This document shows positions 56,073-64,000 of a stretch of DNA of 64,000 bases, one piece after another. The notes below the pieces were generated by a model, which saw only the letters and a list, made by a program, of their open reading frames with translations, was not told the DNA's origin and did no database searches. The stretch is from IMG/VR virus record IMGVR_UViG_3300006802_000086, positions 14,993 through 78,992 of that record. One strand, 5' to 3'. This stretch comes from a virus. How positions within the stretch are numbered: the first letter of the stretch is position 1; each line of letters starts with the position of its first letter. The translations under genes were made by a program, and so were the position numbers.

Positions 56073-58661
56073 ATGGAAATAGCAGTTAAAAAAAGTGTAT
56101 TATTTAGTCTTCTCAAAAAAAAGCTAAATGAAAATAGAAGCAATAATGATCATGCAGGAAGATTAATTCACCCGTTCAATATTCAATCACCTAATTCTGA
56201 TCCTTTTGGTTTTTACGAAGATCAAGAAGATTTACCAGTCCGACCTAGTACGCATATGGCAACCCAGTTATCAATTGAAGAACCACCTGTTGATGATCCA
56301 GAGTATGTTCCGTCAACGCCTAATGAGCTAAGTTCTTCATGTTCAATAATATGTAGAGAAGTTCCAATTAATCAGATTGAATATTTTTATAGAAAATTAC
56401 ATATGCTTCTTGATGAATGTCTAGATAGAGAAGAAGATCAAGAAATCGATCAGCTTAATGAAAGATTCGACATCACCAAATTAACAACTATCAAGGATTA
56501 CAATTTGATAGTGGAAGCTGATCGCATTAGAGTAAGAAAGAGAGGAGTAGAGAAACCGCCTGGCTACGCTGAAGCTGAAAATCAAGAAGCTTTTATGGAC
56601 GGTTATGAAGCAGGCATGTCTGATCCGGATCCTAGTCAAGAAAATGCTGAAAATCAAAGCATGGGCTCACAAGACTACATTAACGGTTACCTTCAAGCTA
56701 TGTCAGAAGACGAAATGGGCGACGACAGCCTAGGATTTTTAGGTGTCGACGATGATGAATATGACCTACCTTTTAGACACGATGATGGCGTCGAAGGAAG
56801 AACAACAGCACAATATCGTACATTCCAACAATATCTTACACGCTCTGCAGTTGAAGAAATTATGCAGCAACCTTTTGAATCTCTTGATCCATTTGAACAA
56901 GCAGTGTTTAATTTACACGATGAATTACAGGATCTTTTTAAAAAAATAGATATGGAGTTTACAAATGAGATATTAAACCCGGATCTAGAAAAAGAAATTA
57001 TGGCATTTATGAAACCTTTGACAAATCAATACGGTATCACACATAATGAAATTCTTACTCCTCTTAACGTTCAAAGAATGTTTGCAACTGTTGCCCGTAC
57101 TAAAAACGCAGCAAAAAAAGAAGAAATGATGAATAATCTTTTAATGGTGGTGTTTACAAGAATTAGTGCTATTGTTGAAGAAATGCTCAAAACAGACCGT
57201 CGCACCATGCAAATGATTAACAGCTTAGCACAACAAGCCGGTGTCCCTATTCAACAATTTATACTTAAACTTAAAGAAGCAATCACACAAGATTACGCGA
57301 CCTACGGTACAGCTAGTAGATTTGATACCGATGATGAACTAATTAAACAAAAGTTAGAAAGCACGTTTTCAATTATGATTAAAACCTTAAAAGTTTCAGA
57401 AGATAGTGAAAGTAAGTTTAAAAATAGAAAACATTTTATTAATAATGTCAACTTAAATGCAGAGCAAGAAATTGAAGATATATTTCTGGACGTGTTAAAC
57501 AAGTTTAAAAAAGGCGACAATTACGAGTTAGTAGACAAAGATAAAACTGTGACACTGCCGGCCGAGGATTTTGAAGAAGAAGCGCGTGGCTTTGTTGCAA
57601 TGATATTTGACATGGCAGAAGATGCACAGTCTAGTCCAGTATTAGAAGACGAAGAGGAATTAACTCCAGAAGAAGAAGAAATTCCTGCTGGTTTGACAGA
57701 AGAAGAAGCGTTTCAAAAGAAAGTTGAAATGTACGCCAAAAGACTGTCTGCAGGTAAGCCTATTGACTGGATTGATTTGGCACCTTATTTTGGCTTTAGC
57801 AACGTCTCAGGTATAAGACAATGGTTCTTAAAGAAAGTTGAGCCTAAAATTAGAATCTTTTCATTTAGACCGGATCCGGATGATCCACAACAAAGATCGA
57901 ATATCAATGACATGTTTGATTTTAATATGACACTATTATCTCAAAAAATGGTAGAGGCAATTAATCAAGAATTAATTCCGGGCCTAGAAAAGAAAGTCAA
58001 AAAAGGTACAGCTAAAGCGCTTTCTGTCGATAAAAAGAAAAACAAAATTAAACAAATTGATGAAGCACAATACTTGAAAGCTCTTAAGAATCAAATTGTA
58101 CCTATGCTTGAAGCAATGAACGAATACTTTACGCAAGGCGTAACTTATGAAGAATTAGCTGAAGGATCTGAGTTTATGCAAACTATTGCAGGAAAAGTAC
58201 TTCGCAATGTAGGTGGTTATACATTAGATTCTATTGTTGCATCGTTGTCTGATAGCTGGAACGAAGCAATTAAACAAGTAATTAACCCAATTATTCAAAA
58301 GCACAATCCTGGTGCACCAGCGTTAAATAGTAATCAACTAGAAAGCATAGTAGAATACTTTACAGGATTGAAGAATAAGCCTGACTTTGAAAACAAAACC
58401 AAGGCAGCTAAAAATCTATTAGAAGCAGGAATTACTCCGGAGTCGTACATGGAGATTGCAGTTGAAGCTGCAAACGCTTGGGAAGACCTAGCAGATCAAT
58501 TTGAGGACTATGATGGTGCACAATTTGCTGAGCAAATGGAAAACGATACTGATGACTTACTGAAGAACTTAAAAGAACTGGGTAAGAGAATTGACAGTGC
58601 GTTTAAGGAGTTTATGCAAGAAGAGCTTGATAGTATGAGAGCAAGACAAGTAGGGTTATAA
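56073..58661 (+). CDS. Large acidic helical protein, putative internal virion protein
   Basis: 862 aa; leader-like MEIAVKKSVLFSLLKKKLNE; ATATTTA upstream. Confidence 0.6.
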   Translation: MEIAVKKSVLFSLLKKKLNENRSNNDHAGRLIHPFNIQSPNSDPFGFYEDQEDLPVRPSTHMATQLSIEEPPVDDPEYVPSTPNELSSSCSIICREVPINQIEYFYRKLHMLLDECLDREEDQEIDQLNERFDITKLTTIKDYNLIVEADRIRVRKRGVEKPPGYAEAENQEAFMDGYEAGMSDPDPSQENAENQSMGSQDYINGYLQAMSEDEMGDDSLGFLGVDDDEYDLPFRHDDGVEGRTTAQYRTFQQYLTRSAVEEIMQQPFESLDPFEQAVFNLHDELQDLFKKIDMEFTNEILNPDLEKEIMAFMKPLTNQYGITHNEILTPLNVQRMFATVARTKNAAKKEEMMNNLLMVVFTRISAIVEEMLKTDRRTMQMINSLAQQAGVPIQQFILKLKEAITQDYATYGTASRFDTDDELIKQKLESTFSIMIKTLKVSEDSESKFKNRKHFINNVNLNAEQEIEDIFLDVLNKFKKGDNYELVDKDKTVTLPAEDFEEEARGFVAMIFDMAEDAQSSPVLEDEEELTPEEEEIPAGLTEEEAFQKKVEMYAKRLSAGKPIDWIDLAPYFGFSNVSGIRQWFLKKVEPKIRIFSFRPDPDDPQQRSNINDMFDFNMTLLSQKMVEAINQELIPGLEKKVKKGTAKALSVDKKKNKIKQIDEAQYLKALKNQIVPMLEAMNEYFTQGVTYEELAEGSEFMQTIAGKVLRNVGGYTLDSIVASLSDSWNEAIKQVINPIIQKHNPGAPALNSNQLESIVEYFTGLKNKPDFENKTKAAKNLLEAGITPESYMEIAVEAANAWEDLADQFEDYDGAQFAEQMENDTDDLLKNLKELGKRIDSAFKEFMQEELDSMRARQVGL

Positions 58662-59075
58662 ATGAGAAGTAGAATTATTGAGAATATTCTCAAAAACAAT
58701 AATGTCAATCCGGATTTTAAAAATGTTAACTCAGCAATGCGACGTCTTTTAGGATATACAGACTATAACGAAGACATAGATGACAATAATCCTATTGACC
58801 CTAAACCATCCGGGTGGCTTCAATCAAGCGACAGCCAAAAAAATTATTTAGTTAAAACTTATGACTTGTCTTCTAAAAAATTTGTTATGTATTTTTTAAG
58901 CGAGTTATATGACTTATCTTCACAACATAACCATTATCCGGAGATACACATAAAAGAAAACGAAGTAACAGTTGTTTTATACACTGAAATGATGAACGAT
59001 GTATCAGACGTCGATATTTCTTTATCAAAACAGATCGATGACATAATTGAAGACATTGATATTATCAGGTTTTAA
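58662..59075 (+). CDS. Pterin-4-alpha-carbinolamine dehydratase-like protein
   Basis: HNHYPEI...VTVVLYT...VSDVDISLSKQID. Confidence 0.65.
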   Translation: MRSRIIENILKNNNVNPDFKNVNSAMRRLLGYTDYNEDIDDNNPIDPKPSGWLQSSDSQKNYLVKTYDLSSKKFVMYFLSELYDLSSQHNHYPEIHIKENEVTVVLYTEMMNDVSDVDISLSKQIDDIIEDIDIIRF

Positions 59076-59077
59076 TT

Positions 59078-59422
59078 ATGTCTTTTTTCGTAAGTGATAG
59101 TCTTAAAGGTGTCATTAGCGAAGATGACATAGCAATAAATACAAAAACTGATTCTACTTTTTTACTTTGCTTAAATGACGTTGAACACGATATAAAAGAA
59201 ATTTATATTAAAGAAAAATATTTTATAATTGACATTAGTGTTAGCATGTCTAAGATCGATTCAGTGGTCAGGCGTTCAAAAATTAGCAATGCGTTTTTTA
59301 AAATAGGAAAGTCTATAATTAATTTAAAAAGTGATAGTTATAAAATTATGTCTATTAAAAGTTGTGATTTGTTAAACTTTGTCGACATGCAAATACTTAT
59401 ACAATATAACGAGGAATTATAA
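59078..59422 (+). CDS. Hypothetical protein
   Basis: ORF in operon context. Confidence 0.55.
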   Translation: MSFFVSDSLKGVISEDDIAINTKTDSTFLLCLNDVEHDIKEIYIKEKYFIIDISVSMSKIDSVVRRSKISNAFFKIGKSIINLKSDSYKIMSIKSCDLLNFVDMQILIQYNEEL

Positions 59423-59426
59423 AGCA

Positions 59427-60125
59427 ATGAAAGTCACTAGTGAAAAACAACTAATTAAAATATTAAAAATAATTTCTGAAGAATCTGTTAAAAAATCAAG
59501 AAAAATTTTATCTGAGTCGTCATATGATATCCAAGATATGTATATGCAAGGAATTGAACAAGACGAAAATCTTTATGGTGTCAGCTTGACAGAACAAGAT
59601 GATGAAGATGAAGAAGTTCCTGAAGATGAAGAAGTTCCTGAAGACGAAGAAACAGATACTAAAAGTGATGAAGAAAACGAAGAAGCTGAACCAACAGAGG
59701 AAGAACTCGATCCTGAAAACTTTGGTGTCTCATTTGATGGTGTTGTTAAGGCAATTAATAGTCTAAGAGCAGGCCGATCAACAAAAGACAAAGAAATTAA
59801 AGAAGAACTTTTAGAGTACTATGAAAGAATTAGCGAAGACGAAAGAAAAGTTCTCTATCTTTTTCTCAGAGAATTGTCTAAGATATTACAAGGAGCACTA
59901 GACGGTGGCGATGCAATCGATCCATCCGACCCTCCATTTAATATTGATATTCATGTTGGAGGTGAAGATGATTCAGATGATCAACCAGAAGGTGAATCTG
60001 ATATAAGTGGTGAAGAAACTGACCGGTCAGGTGAAGAAAATACTGCACCGCCAATTAAAGTCAACGAAAGACAAGAGCTTAATGAGATTAGAAGAAAAGT
60101 TCAGAGATTAATGAAGAGATTTTAA
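59427..60125 (+). CDS. Acidic leader-bearing protein (putative prohead core/internal protein)
   Basis: MKVTSEKQLIKILKIISEES; INSLRAGRS motif; 18-nt repeat encoding EDEEVP. Confidence 0.6.
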   Translation: MKVTSEKQLIKILKIISEESVKKSRKILSESSYDIQDMYMQGIEQDENLYGVSLTEQDDEDEEVPEDEEVPEDEETDTKSDEENEEAEPTEEELDPENFGVSFDGVVKAINSLRAGRSTKDKEIKEELLEYYERISEDERKVLYLFLRELSKILQGALDGGDAIDPSDPPFNIDIHVGGEDDSDDQPEGESDISGEETDRSGEENTAPPIKVNERQELNEIRRKVQRLMKRF

Positions 60126-61306
60126 TGAAAATACGTGTATCAGACTTAGAAAGAATTATTGAATCGAATTTAGGCAGAGATTATAAGAGATCTTTGCATG
60201 AAATTACACTTGTTCAGGGACTTAAGTCTGCATCCGGGACATTTTCTTTTGAGGCGTGTGACTTAAGTGAAATTGAGTTTACAAAAGGGTTTAAGGCATT
60301 ACGTGAATTTAATGATAACGCTGAAACTAAGGAATTGACACGGGAAATTAGTGCTGCCAAAGACGAGGTAGACAACATGGCATCGACTGCATCAGATGCA
60401 GAAGTTGCTGCATCTTTACAAAAATATGAAGACTTGCAAAATAGCATGAGGAGTTTAACTGACTCATTTTTTGGTGATTTCGCACCAGGTCTAGTCAATG
60501 ACACGTTTATACAAAATATCACACAATTAGGAAACATTGCGATGCTTGGAGCCTTGGGTCCAGGAAGTGTTGTTTATTGTGCTCTAATGAAAACAATTGT
60601 CAAATCAATTAATGCTTTCATCGATGCTTATACAGATACATCTCCTGAAAAAGACAAAGAGATCAAAAATCCAGAATTTAATCCATTTTATAACGCTTTG
60701 GAGAGAGCAGCTGATAAGCTCTCTGATGAACTAACTTCATATCAGCGATCGATATTTTCAGCAGCAATTGAAAATCTCAATTTGAATGATCGAGAAAAAT
60801 CCTTGTTCAAATTCGTTTATATAAGATTTGCGAATACAATTATTGAAGAAAGAAATCTTGTTGCCACAACTGATTCCTCAGGTGATAGAGTAAGTGTTGT
60901 TAAATATCCATCCTCAACCGGAACCGGGATTGAAAATGTATCAATTGAAGAAGCAAAACGTCGCGACAGAGATAAATTTATTAGAAACATAGACGGATAT
61001 AAAAACAAAAATAAAAACGGTGACGATATTCAAGCAAAATTATATTTATCAGGTTTGATTGCTTCTGTAAGTTCTCGGGACGATTTAATAGAAAAGCTAA
61101 TTGAATTTTCGAAAAGTTATATAGAATCTGAAGAAGTAGACCCAACAACGGGAGAAACAATAACGAAGGTCGAGGTAGAAAGTAAAAAACTCAGTCAAAG
61201 AGACTTAAAAGACATGTCAAAAGAAATCATTACAAGCTATGAAAACGATACTGATGTAGGCACATTGGTCGACAATATTATAGCAAATTTGCAATCAATT
61301 CCTTGA
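60125..61306 (+). CDS. Leader-bearing hypothetical protein
   Basis: MKIRVSDLERIIESNL...LHE. Confidence 0.6.
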   Translation: MKIRVSDLERIIESNLGRDYKRSLHEITLVQGLKSASGTFSFEACDLSEIEFTKGFKALREFNDNAETKELTREISAAKDEVDNMASTASDAEVAASLQKYEDLQNSMRSLTDSFFGDFAPGLVNDTFIQNITQLGNIAMLGALGPGSVVYCALMKTIVKSINAFIDAYTDTSPEKDKEIKNPEFNPFYNALERAADKLSDELTSYQRSIFSAAIENLNLNDREKSLFKFVYIRFANTIIEERNLVATTDSSGDRVSVVKYPSSTGTGIENVSIEEAKRRDRDKFIRNIDGYKNKNKNGDDIQAKLYLSGLIASVSSRDDLIEKLIEFSKSYIESEEVDPTTGETITKVEVESKKLSQRDLKDMSKEIITSYENDTDVGTLVDNIIANLQSIP

Positions 61307-61359
61307 TTTACATAAAAAAATAATATTTTATAATTAAAAAATATTAAAGGAGAAAATTT

Positions 61360-61704
61360 ATGACAAAACATTGGGTACCAGAAATTGTATATGAAGAAGC
61401 TGAAGAGGGAATGACTAGTCAAATACCTTTTATTGCTGTTCCTCAAGAAGAAGATATGCCAAGAATGCTTTTTATTTTTGAAAGCAGGGAAACAGGTGAA
61501 TTTGAACCTAACGAAGAAGGTGAGCCAGTTCCGATCATTGAGATGGATTTGCATCAATATGCTGATATGCTGACACTAAAAAACGGATTAGATGTAACTA
61601 CATATAATAAAGTAAGAAAATGCCTAGGGCTCGAACCGCTTCAAGATGCTGTTGTTGCAGGTAGAAAAATTACAGATAATATTAGAAAAAATTTAGGTCA
61701 ATAA
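61360..61704 (+). CDS. Hypothetical protein
   Basis: SD AAGGAG; TTTACA...TATAAT upstream. Confidence 0.65.
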   Translation: MTKHWVPEIVYEEAEEGMTSQIPFIAVPQEEDMPRMLFIFESRETGEFEPNEEGEPVPIIEMDLHQYADMLTLKNGLDVTTYNKVRKCLGLEPLQDAVVAGRKITDNIRKNLGQ

Positions 61705-61756
61705 AGATAATATCTTTGTTGCATAATAATTAAGTTTGTGGATGGAGGATATCACA

Positions 61757-62239
61757 ATGCGTATTAATTTTAATAGACTTAGTGTCTTGGCAGGATTGCC
61801 AGCTTCTGGTCGGTCTTCTAGACGACTTAATGAAAACAAAGACATGTACTCTGAAATGGACAACATGGAAAATGAACCAATGGATGAAATGGAAGATCCA
61901 ATGGATGAAATGGAAGATCCAATGGATGAAATGGAAGATCCAATGGATGAAATAATTGAAGTCGACGAAACAGAGTTAGTCCAAGAGCTTAGAAGAGCTA
62001 AACGTATTATGCAAGAAAATAAGCGTAGAAAAGCTGCGTCAGCTGCTAGACAGCAAAGAAGAAAACAAAGACTTTATGAAGCACACTTAAAAGAGCTTAT
62101 CGATGAAGAAGTTCAAAATGTAATGGCTGAAATGAATTTAACCGGTGGTTGGGTTTATGGTGAAAGAAAGCCTAGACGAAGTCGTAATGGTTACACGCAT
62201 CAAGGAAGTTATTTTCCAGGTGTGGGATTCAGAAGATAA
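61757..62239 (+). CDS. Putative prohead scaffold-like protein
   Basis: SD GGAGG; RLSVLAGL, LNE/LYE sites, IEVDETELVQELRR. Confidence 0.5.
   Translation: MRINFNRLSVLAGLPASGRSSRRLNENKDMYSEMDNMENEPMDEMEDPMDEMEDPMDEMEDPMDEIIEVDETELVQELRRAKRIMQENKRRKAASAARQQRRKQRLYEAHLKELIDEEVQNVMAEMNLTGGWVYGERKPRRSRNGYTHQGSYFPGVGFRR
61877..61953 (+). repeat. 21-bp perfect tandem repeat x3.7 (PMDEMED)
   Basis: CCAATGGATGAAATGGAAGAT at 61877, 61898 and 61919, partial at 61940. Confidence 0.95.
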
Positions 62240-62316
62240 TTTAATTTAATTCTATTCCACATATTTTTATAAATCTGTCCTACTTTGTATATTATTAAAC
62301 ATCACGGAGGTGTTTT

Positions 62317-62832
62317 GTGAACGAATACAAAGTAGGGCAGATTCTTTTTTTAATAGGTAGTACTAATAGTGTGGTACCAATTCAAGTAATAGAAGAAGTA
62401 ATTAGAACAACTTTAAAAGGAAAAGAAAAGACTTATATTGTTAAGTTGCCTGATAAAAAAGAAACGACAGTCGATATTAAAAAAATTAAAGGAGAACTTT
62501 TTATTTCAAAAAAAAGTGTTGTTGATTTTATGATCGATAATGCAAAAAATGCAATTAAAGAAATGGTGCTAAATGCAGAAGAAATTGCTGCTAATGCTTT
62601 TGAGTCAGGTGAGTTTATCGAAGCAGAAAAATCTCAAGATGTTATTGATAATGAAAAAGACTTAAATTTAGATTATTACGAAGAAGACAATCCTTATATT
62701 TTGCAAGATGATGAAAATGTTGAAAAAGTGCAACAAGAAAAACAAAATGATATAATAAAAATAGATTTAGGAAATGGAAAATTTGGAAAAATTTCCTCAT
62801 CTGATTTAGAAAAAGCAGGAGGTTTAGATTGA
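62317..62832 (+). CDS. Hypothetical protein
   Basis: GTG start, SD GGAGG; YKVGQILF...PIQVIEEVIRTTLKG. Confidence 0.65.
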   Translation: MNEYKVGQILFLIGSTNSVVPIQVIEEVIRTTLKGKEKTYIVKLPDKKETTVDIKKIKGELFISKKSVVDFMIDNAKNAIKEMVLNAEEIAANAFESGEFIEAEKSQDVIDNEKDLNLDYYEEDNPYILQDDENVEKVQQEKQNDIIKIDLGNGKFGKISSSDLEKAGGLD

Positions 62833-63635
62833 AAGTACTATTGTTGGACGCATATAATTTGATATATCGTGCCAGAAGTGGTTATATGAAAGGTAACTAC
62901 CCGGTTGTTTATAATTTTTTTAGAGGGATTAGACCACTCGTTGAAAAGTTTAATCCGGACGTTGTTTATTTTGTCTTAGAAGGAAACCCAGTTTTTCGAA
63001 CACAGCTTAACGATGCTTATAAGGCTAATAGAGAAAATAACGATAGACATTTTCATGAACAGAAAGCACAGATTATTTCTATTATTAAAGAATGTTTTCC
63101 TTTTGTAACGGTTAGACATCCAAAACTTGAATGTGATGATACCATTGCAACATTGGTTAAGCAACATTGTACAGATGGTGATGATTGCACAATCATATCT
63201 TCAGACTCTGATTTTTACCAGCTTCTTAATGTTTTTGACAATTGTGACATCTACAATCCAGTTAAGAAAAAAATGATCGAAAAGCCTGACTATGACTATG
63301 TAACTTGGAAGGCATTGCGCGGTGATCCTACTGATAATATTGCTGGAATTCCTGGTTGCGGAGATAAGACAGCAGACAAACTCGTGCGATCCCCAGAATT
63401 ACTCTCAGAATATTTTAGTAAAGACCCTATTAGACAACAGGTATTCGAGCGTAATGTTAATCTAATACGTCTTGTGGACTTCTCAGACAACATCCAAGAG
63501 ATGGAACGTCATGATGGCATTGCCGATTTTGAGCAATTATATGATATCTTAGACGACTTAGACTTTCAGTCTATGTTAAAAGAAAAAACTTGGAATAAGT
63601 ACGTATCGACATTTAAAAATATACAAGGAGGATAA
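62829..63635 (+). CDS. Second 5'-3' exonuclease / flap endonuclease
   Basis: LLDAYNLIYR, YKANR, ECDDTIA, SSDSDFYQL, GDPTDNIAGIPGCG. Confidence 0.9.
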   Translation: MKVLLLDAYNLIYRARSGYMKGNYPVVYNFFRGIRPLVEKFNPDVVYFVLEGNPVFRTQLNDAYKANRENNDRHFHEQKAQIISIIKECFPFVTVRHPKLECDDTIATLVKQHCTDGDDCTIISSDSDFYQLLNVFDNCDIYNPVKKKMIEKPDYDYVTWKALRGDPTDNIAGIPGCGDKTADKLVRSPELLSEYFSKDPIRQQVFERNVNLIRLVDFSDNIQEMERHDGIADFEQLYDILDDLDFQSMLKEKTWNKYVSTFKNIQGG

Positions 63636-63845
63636 ATGTATTTAGACGATAAAGTGCAACAAGCCTTAAGGCAAATGAATAAAATTGCTCTTAACGAAGT
63701 GGTAAAAAAAGAAGGTGATTTGTTTGTAGCAGTTAACGTAGAAACCCAGCAGAGTAGAGTTGTAGCAATCGACCAATCATTAGTCGAAAGTTTAGCAAAA
63801 GGTCAGAGACCCCCTGGTTCTGGAAGGGGTCTATTAAAGGGGTAA
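63636..63845 (+). CDS. Hypothetical protein
   Basis: SD GGAGG; ends GLLKG. Confidence 0.6.
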   Translation: MYLDDKVQQALRQMNKIALNEVVKKEGDLFVAVNVETQQSRVVAIDQSLVESLAKGQRPPGSGRGLLKG

Positions 63846-63847
63846 AA

Positions 63848-64000
63848 ATGGAAACTAAGCGCGAGATTTATTCTGGTCAGGAACTAGATTTAAAATTGCA
63901 AAAAGGAATTAATAAGTTAGCCAGCGCGGTTAAAGTAACAATGGGACCCAAGGGTAAGTTAGTGTTAATTAACAGACCCGGGTCCCATCCTATTGTTACA
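63848..64000 (+). CDS. groEL: Chaperonin GroEL (partial, runs off the window)
   Basis: Translated by hand: METKREIYSGQELDLKLQKGINKLASAVKVTMGPKGKLVLINRPGSHPIVT. Confidence 0.9.
   Translation, partial: METKREIYSGQELDLKLQKGINKLASAVKVTMGPKGKLVLINRPGSHPIVT

Noticed and set aside
61877-61953. 21-bp direct repeats as a CRISPR or iteron array
   Set aside because: Contiguous, spacer-less and in-frame within a coding sequence.
1-64000. Alternative genetic code (stop-codon recoding as in some jumbo phages)
   Set aside because: Conserved enzymes are full length in the standard code, and TAA, TAG and TGA all terminate genes at expected positions.
1-64000. CRISPR arrays, tRNA/rRNA genes, IS elements or integrase
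   Set aside because: Intergenic gaps are short and AT-rich; I saw no repeat-spacer pattern, cloverleaf or transposase motif by eye (not computationally excluded).

Overview
AT-rich (roughly one-third GC by eye), densely coding, almost entirely + strand segment of a large (jumbo-type, T4-like organisation) dsDNA phage genome, standard genetic code. It has three parts. (i) A replication/repair core: frameshifted PolA-like polymerase fragment, gp32-like SSB, RecA, two 5'-3' exonucleases, DnaB/gp41 helicase, class II RNR, DnaE, Fpg/Nei. (ii) An unusually redundant pyrimidine/nucleotide-sugar gene set: dimeric dUTPase/dCTPase-like proteins, a MazG-HAD fusion, a ThyX variant, an NDT-family enzyme, two NDP-sugar epimerases, trimeric dUTPase, TK, dCMP deaminase, APRT, and a dNMP kinase fused to a thymidylate-synthase-fold domain carrying the cytosine-specifying Asp. 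This set looks like a dispersed DNA cytosine-modification pathway. (iii) Tail/structural, lysis and chaperone genes. About 15 otherwise unrelated proteins share an N-terminal ~18-aa leader (M-K-I-T/S-R/K-x-Q/E/D-L-x-x-L/I-I-x-x-x-L-x-E). Their genes sit behind a distinct ATAWWTA motif and are inserted as cassettes between core genes. I infer a capsid-targeting / prohead-protease-cleaved cargo system whose payloads include a lysozyme-SGNH-peptidase polyprotein, an annexin-repeat protein, a HExxH protease and paralogous WCT/helical-repeat proteins. Other notable items are a stand-alone CglF/GltF-like gliding-motility gene (suggesting a Myxococcota/Bdellovibrionota-type host), a candidate G GGA AAC -1 frameshift and a 17-aa Cys-rich micropeptide. 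All calls come from motif recognition by eye; no database searches were run.
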